Origin: a virus
Taxonomy: Duplodnaviria; Caudoviricetes
DNA length: 63,720 nucleotides
IMG/VR virus record: IMGVR_UViG_3300025132_000035
Location: 1 to 63,720 of that record
Reading direction: 5' to 3' (one strand)
The notes below the pieces were generated by a model. That model was not told where the DNA came from. It saw only the letters and a program-made list of their open reading frames with translations, and ran no database searches. The stretch's first letter is position 1. Every line of letters begins with the position of its first letter. Positions 55,139 through 63,720 of this stretch are shown piece by piece. The position numbers were made by a program, and so were the translations under genes.

Positions 55139-58100
55139 ATGCCTAGTAGATATAGAAGTGGTGGCTTGGGTAAAGCCAACCTATTCGATACAAATGTAAA
55201 AGCGACACAGATTGATGAGGATATATTTACCGACAAAGAGGTGTTATCTTCTATTGCTGATGATGACTTAGTGTTGTTATTAGATGTCAGTGAAGACCCA
55301 GACGAAATAAAATATATGACAAAATCTAATTTTGTTTCTGGACTCACAGTATTGACTGGCAGTACGGATAATACACTGGTGTCTGTTACTGGTGCTAATG
55401 CAATAAGTGGTGAAGCCAATCTATTATTTGATGGGACTATACTCACTAACGATGGTGGTGAAATTGATATTGATATTAGTTCTGGTGACCCACATCTAAG
55501 TTTTCAAATAGGGGGTACTGATGAGTTTACTATTGGAGTAGATGATTCAGATTCCGATATTTTTAAAATTGATACTGGTGGAACTGTCGGTGGTGCTACT
55601 AAACTTTCAATTGACAGTTCTGGAAATGTAATAATCGCTGGTGGTCTTACCACTGGCTCAACTTCTTTTGTAAACAGTTCTGGAGTAATCCAAGTTGCAT
55701 CACAAACGAATATTACTGGTCTGGGAACTATATCCACAGGAACATGGCAAGGTACTGCAATTGCCTCAGCGTATCTTGACTCAGATACAGCACATTTAAC
55801 TGGTACACAAACCTTTAGTGGGGTAAAAACTTTTTCTTCAGGATTCGCTAGGGGCAGTGATGCAGAAGGCGATATTTTATATTCTAATGGCTCGGCTTAT
55901 GTACGACTGGCTAGAGGGTCTGATGATCAAGTTCTTACGTTAGCTTCTGGAGTACCTAGTTGGGCAACACCAACTGTCGGTGACATAACTGGCGTGACAG
56001 CCGGAGTTGGTTTAAGTGGTGGTGGCACTACTGGTGGAGTAACTCTTACCTTAGATTTAAGTGAGTTATCCGATGTTACCCCAGCAAATGGGGATAAATT
56101 ATCTACATTAGATTCTGATGGTTCTACTGAACAATTAACAACAGTTGCCTCTTTGGCTACCCTCTTTGCTGGTACAGGTTTGACTGCCAGTAGTTCGGTA
56201 ATTGGGGTCGATGCCAGTCAAGCAATAACAGCTTTAACTGGTGGCGATTTAACGATCTACGAGGATGCAAATAACGCAGACGTCAGTTTAAAAATGGGGA
56301 CTTCAGCCACAGAATCTTTAAGCATAGAAGTATTAAATGGTGGGGCTAATAAAACTGCTGAAGAAATACGAATAACAACTGCTACAGCTTCTGGTACTGC
56401 AAATCATGGTAAGATCGCAATATATATTGATGGTGCTGAAATACTAGATATTGACGATGGTGGTATTGATATGGCATCAGGTATGACTGTTGCTTTAAAT
56501 GGTACTGACATTGAATCAGCGTCAGGTGCTAACACAGCACTAACATCAATATATAATACATCTCTTAAAATGGGTAGAGATTCAGAAAATCTAATAGATT
56601 TCGCAACTACTGATAATAAAATTATCCTTAGAGTTAACAATGTTGATGAAGTAGAGTTGGTAGAAAATGCCCTATCACCAGTAACAAGTGATGGTGTTGC
56701 ATTAGGTACAGGCTCATTAATGTGGTCAGACTTATTTGTAGCTTCAGGGGCTGTTGTTAATTTTAACAATGGCGATGTTTTGCTTACTCACGCTTCTAAT
56801 ACGTTAACACTTACTGGTGGTGATTTTGTTATAGGCGTAGATGATACTGGGCATGATGTTAAATTCTTTGGAGCATCAGCTGGTGCATATATGTTATACG
56901 ATCAATCCGAAGATCAGCTTGTAGTTATGGGAGCATCAGCAGATGCAACCACAAGTACAGGTAAATTACTTCTTGCCACAAGTTTAACAGACATTAATGC
57001 TAATGACGTTATTGGTAAAATTGACTTTCAAGCACCACATGAAGGTGGTGGAACAGACGCTATTACAGTTGCTGCTTCTATTCAAGCAATTGCTCAAGGT
57101 ACTTTTAGTTCTTCAGTAAATGCTACAGACTTAGTATTTTATACAGGACATTCCGAAGCTGCTACAGAAAAATTCAGATTTACTTCACAAGGTGAGATTG
57201 GTATTGGTGGTGCTAACTATGGTACTGATGGTCAAGTCTTAACTTCTGGTGGAGCTGGTGCTGCTCCAGCTTGGGAAGATGCTGGTGGTGGGGGTGGTAC
57301 AACTACTTTGGTAGCTGATGGAGCCATTGCCGCAGGAGCGCCAGTCTATGTACACACAGACGGAAAAGCCAAACAGGCAACATCTGGTATAGGTATGCCA
57401 CAAGTAATGGATAGCGAAAATGCACAAGGTATAGCTTCGAATGGTGGGTATGTAATAGACCTTAATATATCTGGTTCTGGAAATTCGAGAGTTTTTGCTT
57501 ATTGGAAACAAAGCAGTAACGGATATATGTGGGGTTGCGTTGGAACTGTCCAAAGTAACAATTCCGTTACTTGGGGAACACCTGCGGCTATAAAGGAAGC
57601 AGCTGGTGACCTTGGGCCGGTGTGCCAAGCATCTGACGATTTCACAAAAGTTTTTTGTGGATATACTATTTCAAGTGTACCAAAAGGTGTAATTGTTACT
57701 GTGGATAATAGTGACAATACCTTTTCTGTAGGTACAGAACGAACAACAGGTGATACTGGTGAAAATAATTATAATGGTTATTCTGCTTGTTGGGACGATA
57801 ATAGAAATAAAGTGTTTGTTGCCTACAATGATGTAAACCTTGGTGGTGCTGGTAATACCAGTTATAGAAGAATGAAAGTTCGTTCATTTGATCCAGATAA
57901 TGGATTTACTGGAACTGTTTTGTTTATGCAAAATTCCAATACTGGTGGTAGTAGCACAGGTGTTAAAGATGATTCTAATGCTTATTATATTGTTGCCGCA
58001 TACAATCCTAGTAGCCAACAAAATGTTGTGACATGGAGACAGCAAAAAGATGGAGGCAGTGTCGAAACAGCATGGGGGGCAACATTTGCCATGCCATCTG

Positions 58101-58855
58101 GGACAGGTGCTTGTACAACTGGAGGGGCTGTAGAAATTAAAGCGAGTATAAATGGAATAATGGATTTAGAATATGACCCAGACACATCTGGAAACTATAT
58201 GGTTGTGGCTTACAATGTTGGTAACGAGATTTTTCTTAACACACTAGACCACGCAGCTTCAGGGAACACCTTAGATTTAGGGACTGAAAGAGATACTAAC
58301 TTAGCTTATAATTATGCGTCATTGGCTTATGACACCGAAGAAAATAAAATGATGTGTATTGCGTATAAACCTGATAGTGGTGGTATATTTACCTTTACTA
58401 TTCCTAGTGGCAACCCTAGTGCTGCTGGAACAGTTGCAACTTGGACTGACACAGACCCATATCCTGAACAGTATGGGCAACTTGCAGCTTGTTGGTCAGA
58501 AGAACATAATAAAATAATTTTTGTTTATAGAGATGGAGAAAATTCTAACAGATTTACAACCATTGTTTTTACAGAACCATATACTGCTGGAGATTTAGAC
58601 GATTCAAGTAATGGTTTTATTGGATATAATACCTCAGCAGTTTCTGATGGGGCTACTGCAACAATAACAGTTGCTGGAGGGGTAAACGAAAACCAGACAG
58701 GGCTAACTGTAGGAACAAGATACTACGCAGATGGTGGTGGGAATTTACACACTACAAACTCAGGTATTGCTAGACCTATTTATGCAGGAGTTGCCACAGC
58801 AGCGACTAAATTATTAGTAAATGGGGCATATATTTCAACTGATGTTTCAAGTTAG
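55139..58855 (+). CDS. Tail fibre / receptor-binding protein
   Basis: 1238 aa, Gly/Thr/Ser/Asp-rich; fibre motifs (GDITGVTAG.GLSGGG, GTDGQVLTS.G); propeller-like C-terminal region. Confidence 0.8.
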   Translation: MPSRYRSGGLGKANLFDTNVKATQIDEDIFTDKEVLSSIADDDLVLLLDVSEDPDEIKYMTKSNFVSGLTVLTGSTDNTLVSVTGANAISGEANLLFDGTILTNDGGEIDIDISSGDPHLSFQIGGTDEFTIGVDDSDSDIFKIDTGGTVGGATKLSIDSSGNVIIAGGLTTGSTSFVNSSGVIQVASQTNITGLGTISTGTWQGTAIASAYLDSDTAHLTGTQTFSGVKTFSSGFARGSDAEGDILYSNGSAYVRLARGSDDQVLTLASGVPSWATPTVGDITGVTAGVGLSGGGTTGGVTLTLDLSELSDVTPANGDKLSTLDSDGSTEQLTTVASLATLFAGTGLTASSSVIGVDASQAITALTGGDLTIYEDANNADVSLKMGTSATESLSIEVLNGGANKTAEEIRITTATASGTANHGKIAIYIDGAEILDIDDGGIDMASGMTVALNGTDIESASGANTALTSIYNTSLKMGRDSENLIDFATTDNKIILRVNNVDEVELVENALSPVTSDGVALGTGSLMWSDLFVASGAVVNFNNGDVLLTHASNTLTLTGGDFVIGVDDTGHDVKFFGASAGAYMLYDQSEDQLVVMGASADATTSTGKLLLATSLTDINANDVIGKIDFQAPHEGGGTDAITVAASIQAIAQGTFSSSVNATDLVFYTGHSEAATEKFRFTSQGEIGIGGANYGTDGQVLTSGGAGAAPAWEDAGGGGGTTTLVADGAIAAGAPVYVHTDGKAKQATSGIGMPQVMDSENAQGIASNGGYVIDLNISGSGNSRVFAYWKQSSNGYMWGCVGTVQSNNSVTWGTPAAIKEAAGDLGPVCQASDDFTKVFCGYTISSVPKGVIVTVDNSDNTFSVGTERTTGDTGENNYNGYSACWDDNRNKVFVAYNDVNLGGAGNTSYRRMKVRSFDPDNGFTGTVLFMQNSNTGGSSTGVKDDSNAYYIVAAYNPSSQQNVVTWRQQKDGGSVETAWGATFAMPSGTGACTTGGAVEIKASINGIMDLEYDPDTSGNYMVVAYNVGNEIFLNTLDHAASGNTLDLGTERDTNLAYNYASLAYDTEENKMMCIAYKPDSGGIFTFTIPSGNPSAAGTVATWTDTDPYPEQYGQLAACWSEEHNKIIFVYRDGENSNRFTTIVFTEPYTAGDLDDSSNGFIGYNTSAVSDGATATITVAGGVNENQTGLTVGTRYYADGGGNLHTTNSGIARPIYAGVATAATKLLVNGAYISTDVSS

Positions 58856-58868
58856 ATAGGATAATAAT

Positions 58869-59228
58869 ATGAAGGTAAATTTAGTTTGTATAAATAATAA
58901 ATTACTTATTGGAGAAGATAGCAATAAAATTTCTTTTAGAGATAATATTACTGCCAATGTTTATTGGGAAAAAACTTTAGAATCTCCAGTTGCTTTTGAT
59001 TTTGTTATTTTAGAGAAAAGCCAATGTTTTTATTTAGCATTAGAAAACGGAAAAATATTAGCTATAAATTTTGAAGATGGTGAAGTTTTATGGACTTGCG
59101 ATACTAGTGGAGCATTATTTGGGAATTTTACTATTAAAAACGATTATATTTATGGAGTAAACACAGCAAATAAAATTTTTAAAATTAATTTATATACAGG
59201 GCAACTTGTATATCATGTATCAGTATAA
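58869..59228 (+). CDS. Short PQQ-like beta-propeller-blade protein
   Basis: G.I.A.....GEV.W and K...IN..TG motifs; very AT-rich. Confidence 0.55.
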   Translation: MKVNLVCINNKLLIGEDSNKISFRDNITANVYWEKTLESPVAFDFVILEKSQCFYLALENGKILAINFEDGEVLWTCDTSGALFGNFTIKNDYIYGVNTANKIFKINLYTGQLVYHVSV

Positions 59229-59246
59229 AAAAGAAAGGATATAGCA

Positions 59247-59489
59247 ATGACAGAAGAACAGATAGCAGAATATCAAAATGATTTAGGACTTATTGAAAAA
59301 GATTACACTAGAATGGCGCAACAACGTGATGAAAAAATAAAAGAAATACGAGAAATAGATACTAGAGTAGCACATTTACAAGGGGCTGCAGCTTGGATTA
59401 GGGGAAAACTAAATCCCCAACAAGTTGATGAACCAGAAATAGAACAAGTTACTATTGAAGAAAATGAGGATAACACCGAAGGAGAATAA
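59247..59489 (+). CDS. Small coiled-coil protein
   Basis: AAGGA RBS; LQGA motif. Confidence 0.7.
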   Translation: MTEEQIAEYQNDLGLIEKDYTRMAQQRDEKIKEIREIDTRVAHLQGAAAWIRGKLNPQQVDEPEIEQVTIEENEDNTEGE

Positions 59490-60604
59490 TGCCTACTACA
59501 GCTGGTAGTGAATTTACAAAAGTTTTTACATTTGATGGTAGCAGTTATACTGACGTTACACTAGAATCGCAATCCCCAGCTGGGACTGCTTTTTCCATTC
59601 TCGGTGGAACAAGTCATTATTTATATTTAGGTCATGATGCTCGGTTTGATATGGCTGTCTTTGATGTTGACACTACTGGGAGTCTTGGTGCTTTAACATG
59701 GGCTTACTATAATGGTTCTGGGTGGGTACAATTTACCCCAATGTCAGGCAGATACGAAATAGACGTAGATGACAATGAGGGCGTTCCATATGACTTTTCT
59801 AGAGATGGTGTGGAAATGTTCCCACAAAACATATTAAGCGATTGGGCAACAGAAACAATAAATAGTGCAAACAAATATTGGATTAGAGTTTCTACTGCTA
59901 GTGTTTCACAAGCCCCAACAATTAAAAGAATACAAATGAGGGCATTAGCAGCATACTGTACTCCACAGGATGTGTTTGATCTATTGCAATTAAAGAATGT
60001 TCTAGGAACAACAAACTTTACTTCCTCTACAGTCCCAACAATCTCTATGGTGGAACAAAACATCTTAGAAGCACAATCATATATAGATAGTTACACTAGA
60101 AAATCGTGGAGACCAAACTATATAGCTGCTGAATACCATCAGTTTAATATTAATGGAATAAGACTTGATTATACTTTTCCCTACAAAATACTTTCGTTAA
60201 AAATTTGGAATGGTAGTTCATGGGATACTAAAGTACAGGGTAGAGGGCAAGATTTTTTCTTAGTTCCTGATACCTCTATGATTCAGTTTGCTAGATATTT
60301 TGCATTACCAGCAAAATTTACTACTTACAATGCACCGATCTGGAGATGGGGTGGGGGTGAATTTAGTAATGCTGTAAAAATATCTTATTTAGCTGGTAGA
60401 GATATAAATTTAGACATAAGGCAAGGTAATTTAATTACTGACATTTGTACAAAAATAGCTTCTATTGAAGTGGTCAGACAAGCTGACTTTGGTGGTGCAG
60501 TAGTTAATGGGTTAGATAGAATTGGTTTGCAAGAAAGAGTTTCTGGATGGGAAGAAGAAACTTCAAATAATTTAGACAACCTGAAAGCATTTGAGGTGTT
60601 TTAA
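59489..60604 (+). CDS. Head-tail adaptor with N-terminal beta domain
   Basis: AYCTPQDV...I.EAQSYIDSYT..SW...VKISY.AG; upstream of tail genes. Confidence 0.7.
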   Translation: MPTTAGSEFTKVFTFDGSSYTDVTLESQSPAGTAFSILGGTSHYLYLGHDARFDMAVFDVDTTGSLGALTWAYYNGSGWVQFTPMSGRYEIDVDDNEGVPYDFSRDGVEMFPQNILSDWATETINSANKYWIRVSTASVSQAPTIKRIQMRALAAYCTPQDVFDLLQLKNVLGTTNFTSSTVPTISMVEQNILEAQSYIDSYTRKSWRPNYIAAEYHQFNINGIRLDYTFPYKILSLKIWNGSSWDTKVQGRGQDFFLVPDTSMIQFARYFALPAKFTTYNAPIWRWGGGEFSNAVKISYLAGRDINLDIRQGNLITDICTKIASIEVVRQADFGGAVVNGLDRIGLQERVSGWEEETSNNLDNLKAFEVF

Positions 60605-61041
60605 TGGCTGATGAACCGATACCTATAGATGCAATAATGACAGATTTAAACAGTCAATGGAACGCATCAAACGTAACAAAACCTACGTTAATAACAGTAA
60701 ATAAAACAAATGACCCAATACGTTATGATTTAAATCGTGGCGATATGTTAATTGGTCGAACAGGAACACCATCATTTGATGAACAACCTATTGGAAACTG
60801 GAAATATGGCAACAGGGCATACAATGTTGAAATAGAATTATGGACATTGAATAGTAGGCAAAGACTTTACAATTTAATGCAAGAAGTTAGAAGAATTTGC
60901 CATGCTCGTATGCATTCTTTAACAAACTTTCAAAGACAAGAATTTATTGATTTTAATGAGGAAGTTAGTGACCAAGTAAATCTTTGGACTGGAACGCTTG
61001 GTATACAACTGCAAAATAACGGAGTTTTGTTAGACACTTAG
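60604..61041 (+). CDS. Tail terminator-like protein
   Basis: Size and position before the tail tube gene. Confidence 0.55.
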   Translation: MADEPIPIDAIMTDLNSQWNASNVTKPTLITVNKTNDPIRYDLNRGDMLIGRTGTPSFDEQPIGNWKYGNRAYNVEIELWTLNSRQRLYNLMQEVRRICHARMHSLTNFQRQEFIDFNEEVSDQVNLWTGTLGIQLQNNGVLLDT

Positions 61042-61048
61042 TATAATA
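61039..61048 (+). promoter_or_regulatory. Putative late promoter TAGTATAATA for the tail operon
   Basis: Recurrent motif. Confidence 0.6.
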
Positions 61049-61076
61049 TAATATGAAACAAAATTGGAGAACATAA

Positions 61077-62888
61077 ATGGGAGTATACAGAAGTGACCAA
61101 GCGCAACTAACATTCGCAGCAGAATTTGGTGGGCAAGGTGCAGACGCTGAAATGATTGAAGCTACAGTAAGTGGTAGTACTGCTTTATTAGCTGCTGACG
61201 TTTCTGCTGGATCAAGAACAATAACAGTAGATACAATAGCTACAGCAGCACTTGTTGTAGGGGATTTTATTCGTATTGGTACTGTTGCTGGAACAGCATC
61301 AGCGACAGTTAATGAACATGAAGTTCGAAGGGTTGAAGCATTAAGTGGAACACAACAAGTTGGTACATCACCCGGTAATGTAATAACAGTACTTTTAGAT
61401 CGAGCAACAGCGTTTTTTCACGCTAATAATGAAGAAGTGAAAGAAGCCACAGCAATAGGTGGTGATGCAACTCGAAACGATAAAGCTAAATACATTACCT
61501 TTATACCCGGTGTCTACGACACTGTTGATACCCCAGACCCAGAAATGACTATCGAGGGTAGAAGGTTTTTATCAACTCAGAGTAAAAGAAACTTTTCAGT
61601 AGCATATGCTGGGCAACAATCTTTAAGTGGATCAGTCAGTGATTTTATACTATTAAATGGTTGGGCTTTACGATTCCCTATAGGAAAAGTTGTAACAACC
61701 CCATCAGCATTAGAAGGTTCTACCATATTATTAAACGGAGCAACTAAAAAAGGTGATGTTTACATATCAGCAGATGGTGCAAATGTAAGTAATTTAGCTG
61801 TAGGTGATTATATAAACATTGATGATGGTTCCTCAACAGTATCTGAGGTTAGAAGAATTATTGCAGAACCAGCATCAGATACGTTTAAACTGGATTACCC
61901 ATTACAATTTGACCATGATGATGATGTATCTATTGATGAAGTTAGCACTAGTGCTTATTACACACACGTTATTACTGAAACAACTGATTTAGATTCTATG
62001 TCTTGGCACGTTCATATGAAAGACAGCACAGAAACAGCTGCTAAAGATTTTAACCGAAGATATGTTGGTGGAATGGTTAATTCTGCAACAATAAGTGCCG
62101 AAGAAGGTGGTATGGTTACCATGTCTTGGGATGATGTTGAATTTTTAAACATGGTTCATAATCAACAAGAACAAACTACTGTAGGAACAAATCTTTATAA
62201 TGGTGCTAGTATTCAAGCAAATATGCCTAGATTTGGTTTAATGCAACAAATAGACAAAGACGATATTAATATGGGTGCAATGGCAGTTGGTTCTGGTAAC
62301 GATGGAAGTGGATACCCAAGTACACAACCTTACTATTTTAGTCAAGGAACAATTAAATATTTTGGTGTAGAGTTTGCTAGAATTAGAAACTTTTCAATTT
62401 CAATAAACAATAACAATGAAGCAAGATATTACATGGGTAGACAAGGAGCCAGATCACGCGGCCCATATGAAATACACGAAGGTGCTAGAGATTATTCTTT
62501 ATCAGCTTCTGTTGTATTACCAGACGCTGACTTTGATGCTAACTCAGCTTATAATGTTTCAAACCTACAAACAGGAGCAACGGAGTTGTTTAAACAGCTT
62601 CTTCTTGAAGGAAATTATGGTGGTAGTACTCAAGCAACAGCTATGACTGGTATGACTGCTACCCTACAATTTACAAGAGGAACAAACGATTTTATTTATA
62701 TAGACATTCCAACAAGTAGTACAGCTGGTACACCAACAGCTGGTTCTAACGCACTTAACAGTCAAGGAATGTTTATAAATTCAGCACAACACAGTATTAC
62801 TGGCGATAACCCTTTTCAAGTTGATATAGATGCAATTTTTCAGGGTTTAAAAATAACAATAGAGGATTCAGTGCCAGTGTATCCTTAA
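61077..62888 (+). CDS. Major tail tube protein with inserted decoration domains
   Basis: FSISINNN...EG.RDYSLS; followed by the chaperone frameshift pair. Confidence 0.75.
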   Translation: MGVYRSDQAQLTFAAEFGGQGADAEMIEATVSGSTALLAADVSAGSRTITVDTIATAALVVGDFIRIGTVAGTASATVNEHEVRRVEALSGTQQVGTSPGNVITVLLDRATAFFHANNEEVKEATAIGGDATRNDKAKYITFIPGVYDTVDTPDPEMTIEGRRFLSTQSKRNFSVAYAGQQSLSGSVSDFILLNGWALRFPIGKVVTTPSALEGSTILLNGATKKGDVYISADGANVSNLAVGDYINIDDGSSTVSEVRRIIAEPASDTFKLDYPLQFDHDDDVSIDEVSTSAYYTHVITETTDLDSMSWHVHMKDSTETAAKDFNRRYVGGMVNSATISAEEGGMVTMSWDDVEFLNMVHNQQEQTTVGTNLYNGASIQANMPRFGLMQQIDKDDINMGAMAVGSGNDGSGYPSTQPYYFSQGTIKYFGVEFARIRNFSISINNNNEARYYMGRQGARSRGPYEIHEGARDYSLSASVVLPDADFDANSAYNVSNLQTGATELFKQLLLEGNYGGSTQATAMTGMTATLQFTRGTNDFIYIDIPTSSTAGTPTAGSNALNSQGMFINSAQHSITGDNPFQVDIDAIFQGLKITIEDSVPVYP

Positions 62889-62904
62889 AAAGATAGGAGA
62901 CAAT

Positions 62905-63276
62905 ATGGTTAAGGAAAGTAAAGGATTTGATTTATCTAAATATCAAATAGCTAACCAAACAAGATCGGTACCGATAGTTATTGAAGAAACAGGAGACGAA
63001 TTTGAGATTACTATTAAACAGTTATCTTGGAGTAAACGAAATCAGTTAGTTTCTAGTTGTTTATCGTTTAGTAATTCAGGTGAAACTGCATTTAATGGCG
63101 ATAAATACGTTAGAGAATGTTTAAAAGATATGATTATAGAAGCGCCATGGGGTAAAACAACTGAAGCGTTTTTGGTTACAATAGATGAAAGATTAGGGGC
63201 TGCTTTAGAAGCATTAGTGCCTAAAGCGTTTAGCACACCAGATGTTTTAGATGCTGATACAGTAAAAAAAGAGTAA
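62905..63276 (+). CDS. Tail assembly chaperone (gpG-like)
   Basis: AGGAG RBS; ends in slippery GTA AAA AAA GAG TAA. Confidence 0.75.
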   Translation: MVKESKGFDLSKYQIANQTRSVPIVIEETGDEFEITIKQLSWSKRNQLVSSCLSFSNSGETAFNGDKYVRECLKDMIIEAPWGKTTEAFLVTIDERLGAALEALVPKAFSTPDVLDADTVKKE

Positions 63277-63494
63277 AGGCATTCATACGAAGGGTTGATA
63301 CTCAGAGTCCACAAGAAAAAATGACCTATGCATATTGGATGACAGTACTACAACTTTTAGAAATAGGGGTTTCGTGGGATGCCATTGATAAACTAAGTGA
63401 AAATGAAGTAAGTGTAATACTAGGTGTACATAGTGCTATTAGTGAATATAGGTCAGAGGTTGAAGCTAGTGCTAGGGCTATGAATAAAATATAA
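63270..63494 (+). CDS. -1 frameshift extension of the chaperone (gpGT-like)
   Basis: -1 frame open for 74 codons (RVKAFIRR...MNKI*) up to the tape measure RBS. Confidence 0.7.
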   Translation, partial: RVKAFIRRVDTQSPQEKMTYAYWMTVLQLLEIGVSWDAIDKLSENEVSVILGVHSAISEYRSEVEASARAMNKI

Positions 63495-63504
63495 GGAGTA
63501 AATT

Positions 63505-63720
63505 ATGCCATTACCATTAATAGGAATGCTAGGTAGAGCAGCGTTGATGTCTGCTGCTAGTGGTATGGGTGGTGCCAGAGAGGAATCGTCATCACAAGAA
63601 GATACAGGGGATTCTAAAAACCTTAAAGGTATGAGAAAAAATACAGACAAAATGTCTAGTAAAGGTTGGGTTAGAAAAGCTGGTGCTTGGATGGGTATAG
63701 GTGCTTTAATAAAACAAAGT
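63505..63720 (+). CDS. Tape-measure-like protein, 5' part (continues at window start to 891)
   Basis: AAGGAG RBS; MPLPLIGMLGRAALMSAASG... in frame across the junction. Confidence 0.65.
   Translation, partial: MPLPLIGMLGRAALMSAASGMGGAREESSSQEDTGDSKNLKGMRKNTDKMSSKGWVRKAGAWMGIGALIKQS
63622..63720. repeat. Terminal direct repeat, copy 2
   Basis: Identical to 1-99. Confidence 0.95.

Noticed and set aside
297-63650. Many antisense or nested ORFs in the track (e.g. 297-614, 21360-21782, 55060-55446, 57239-57628, 63453-63650)
   Set aside because: Shadows of well-supported genes, with no RBS or recognisable motifs.
63622-63720. 99-bp terminal repeat as a biological direct terminal repeat
   Set aside because: It falls mid-gene and its length matches a common assembler k-mer; best read as a circularisation overlap.
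1-63720. tRNA genes, integrase, introns/inteins or stop-codon reassignment
   Set aside because: No cloverleaf, recombinase or splicing motifs recognised by eye, and core genes are intact under the standard code; tRNAscan-SE or ARAGORN would be needed to exclude tRNAs formally.

Overview
Apparently complete, circularly assembled genome (about 63,621 bp unique; the last 99 nt repeat the first 99 nt) of an AT-rich tailed dsDNA bacteriophage, probably lytic (no integrase recognised) and siphovirus-like. Modules: tail tip (1-5.3 kb); phage sigma factor and replication/recombination genes (DnaB, primase, PolA, RecA, Cas4-like nuclease, RuvC; 5.3-15.9 kb); terminase, class II ribonucleotide reductase and portal (15.9-22.3 kb); head genes (26.8-34 kb); a membrane/lysis-like cluster with no recognisable endolysin (34-36 kb); an early region dense in consensus sigma-70 promoters, small ORFs and candidate structured RNAs (37-45.5 kb, plus an island at 24.7-26.7 kb); a minus-strand block with a Mom-like protein, an ABC-ATPase/GNAT fusion, another GNAT and quinolinate synthase NadA (45.5-50.9 kb); and tail fibre, neck, tail tube, frameshifted chaperone and a very short tape measure gene crossing the junction (54.8-63.7 kb). 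Best leads: a candidate capsid-cargo system delivering a SAM-lyase-like protein, two candidate structured RNAs, NadA next to DNA-modification acyltransferases, a dispersed YGTTTAAACR palindrome, an AGTATAATA late-promoter class with leaderless genes, a metallothionein-like ORF, and sigma-fragment mimics. All protein calls come from motif recognition by eye; no database searches were run.
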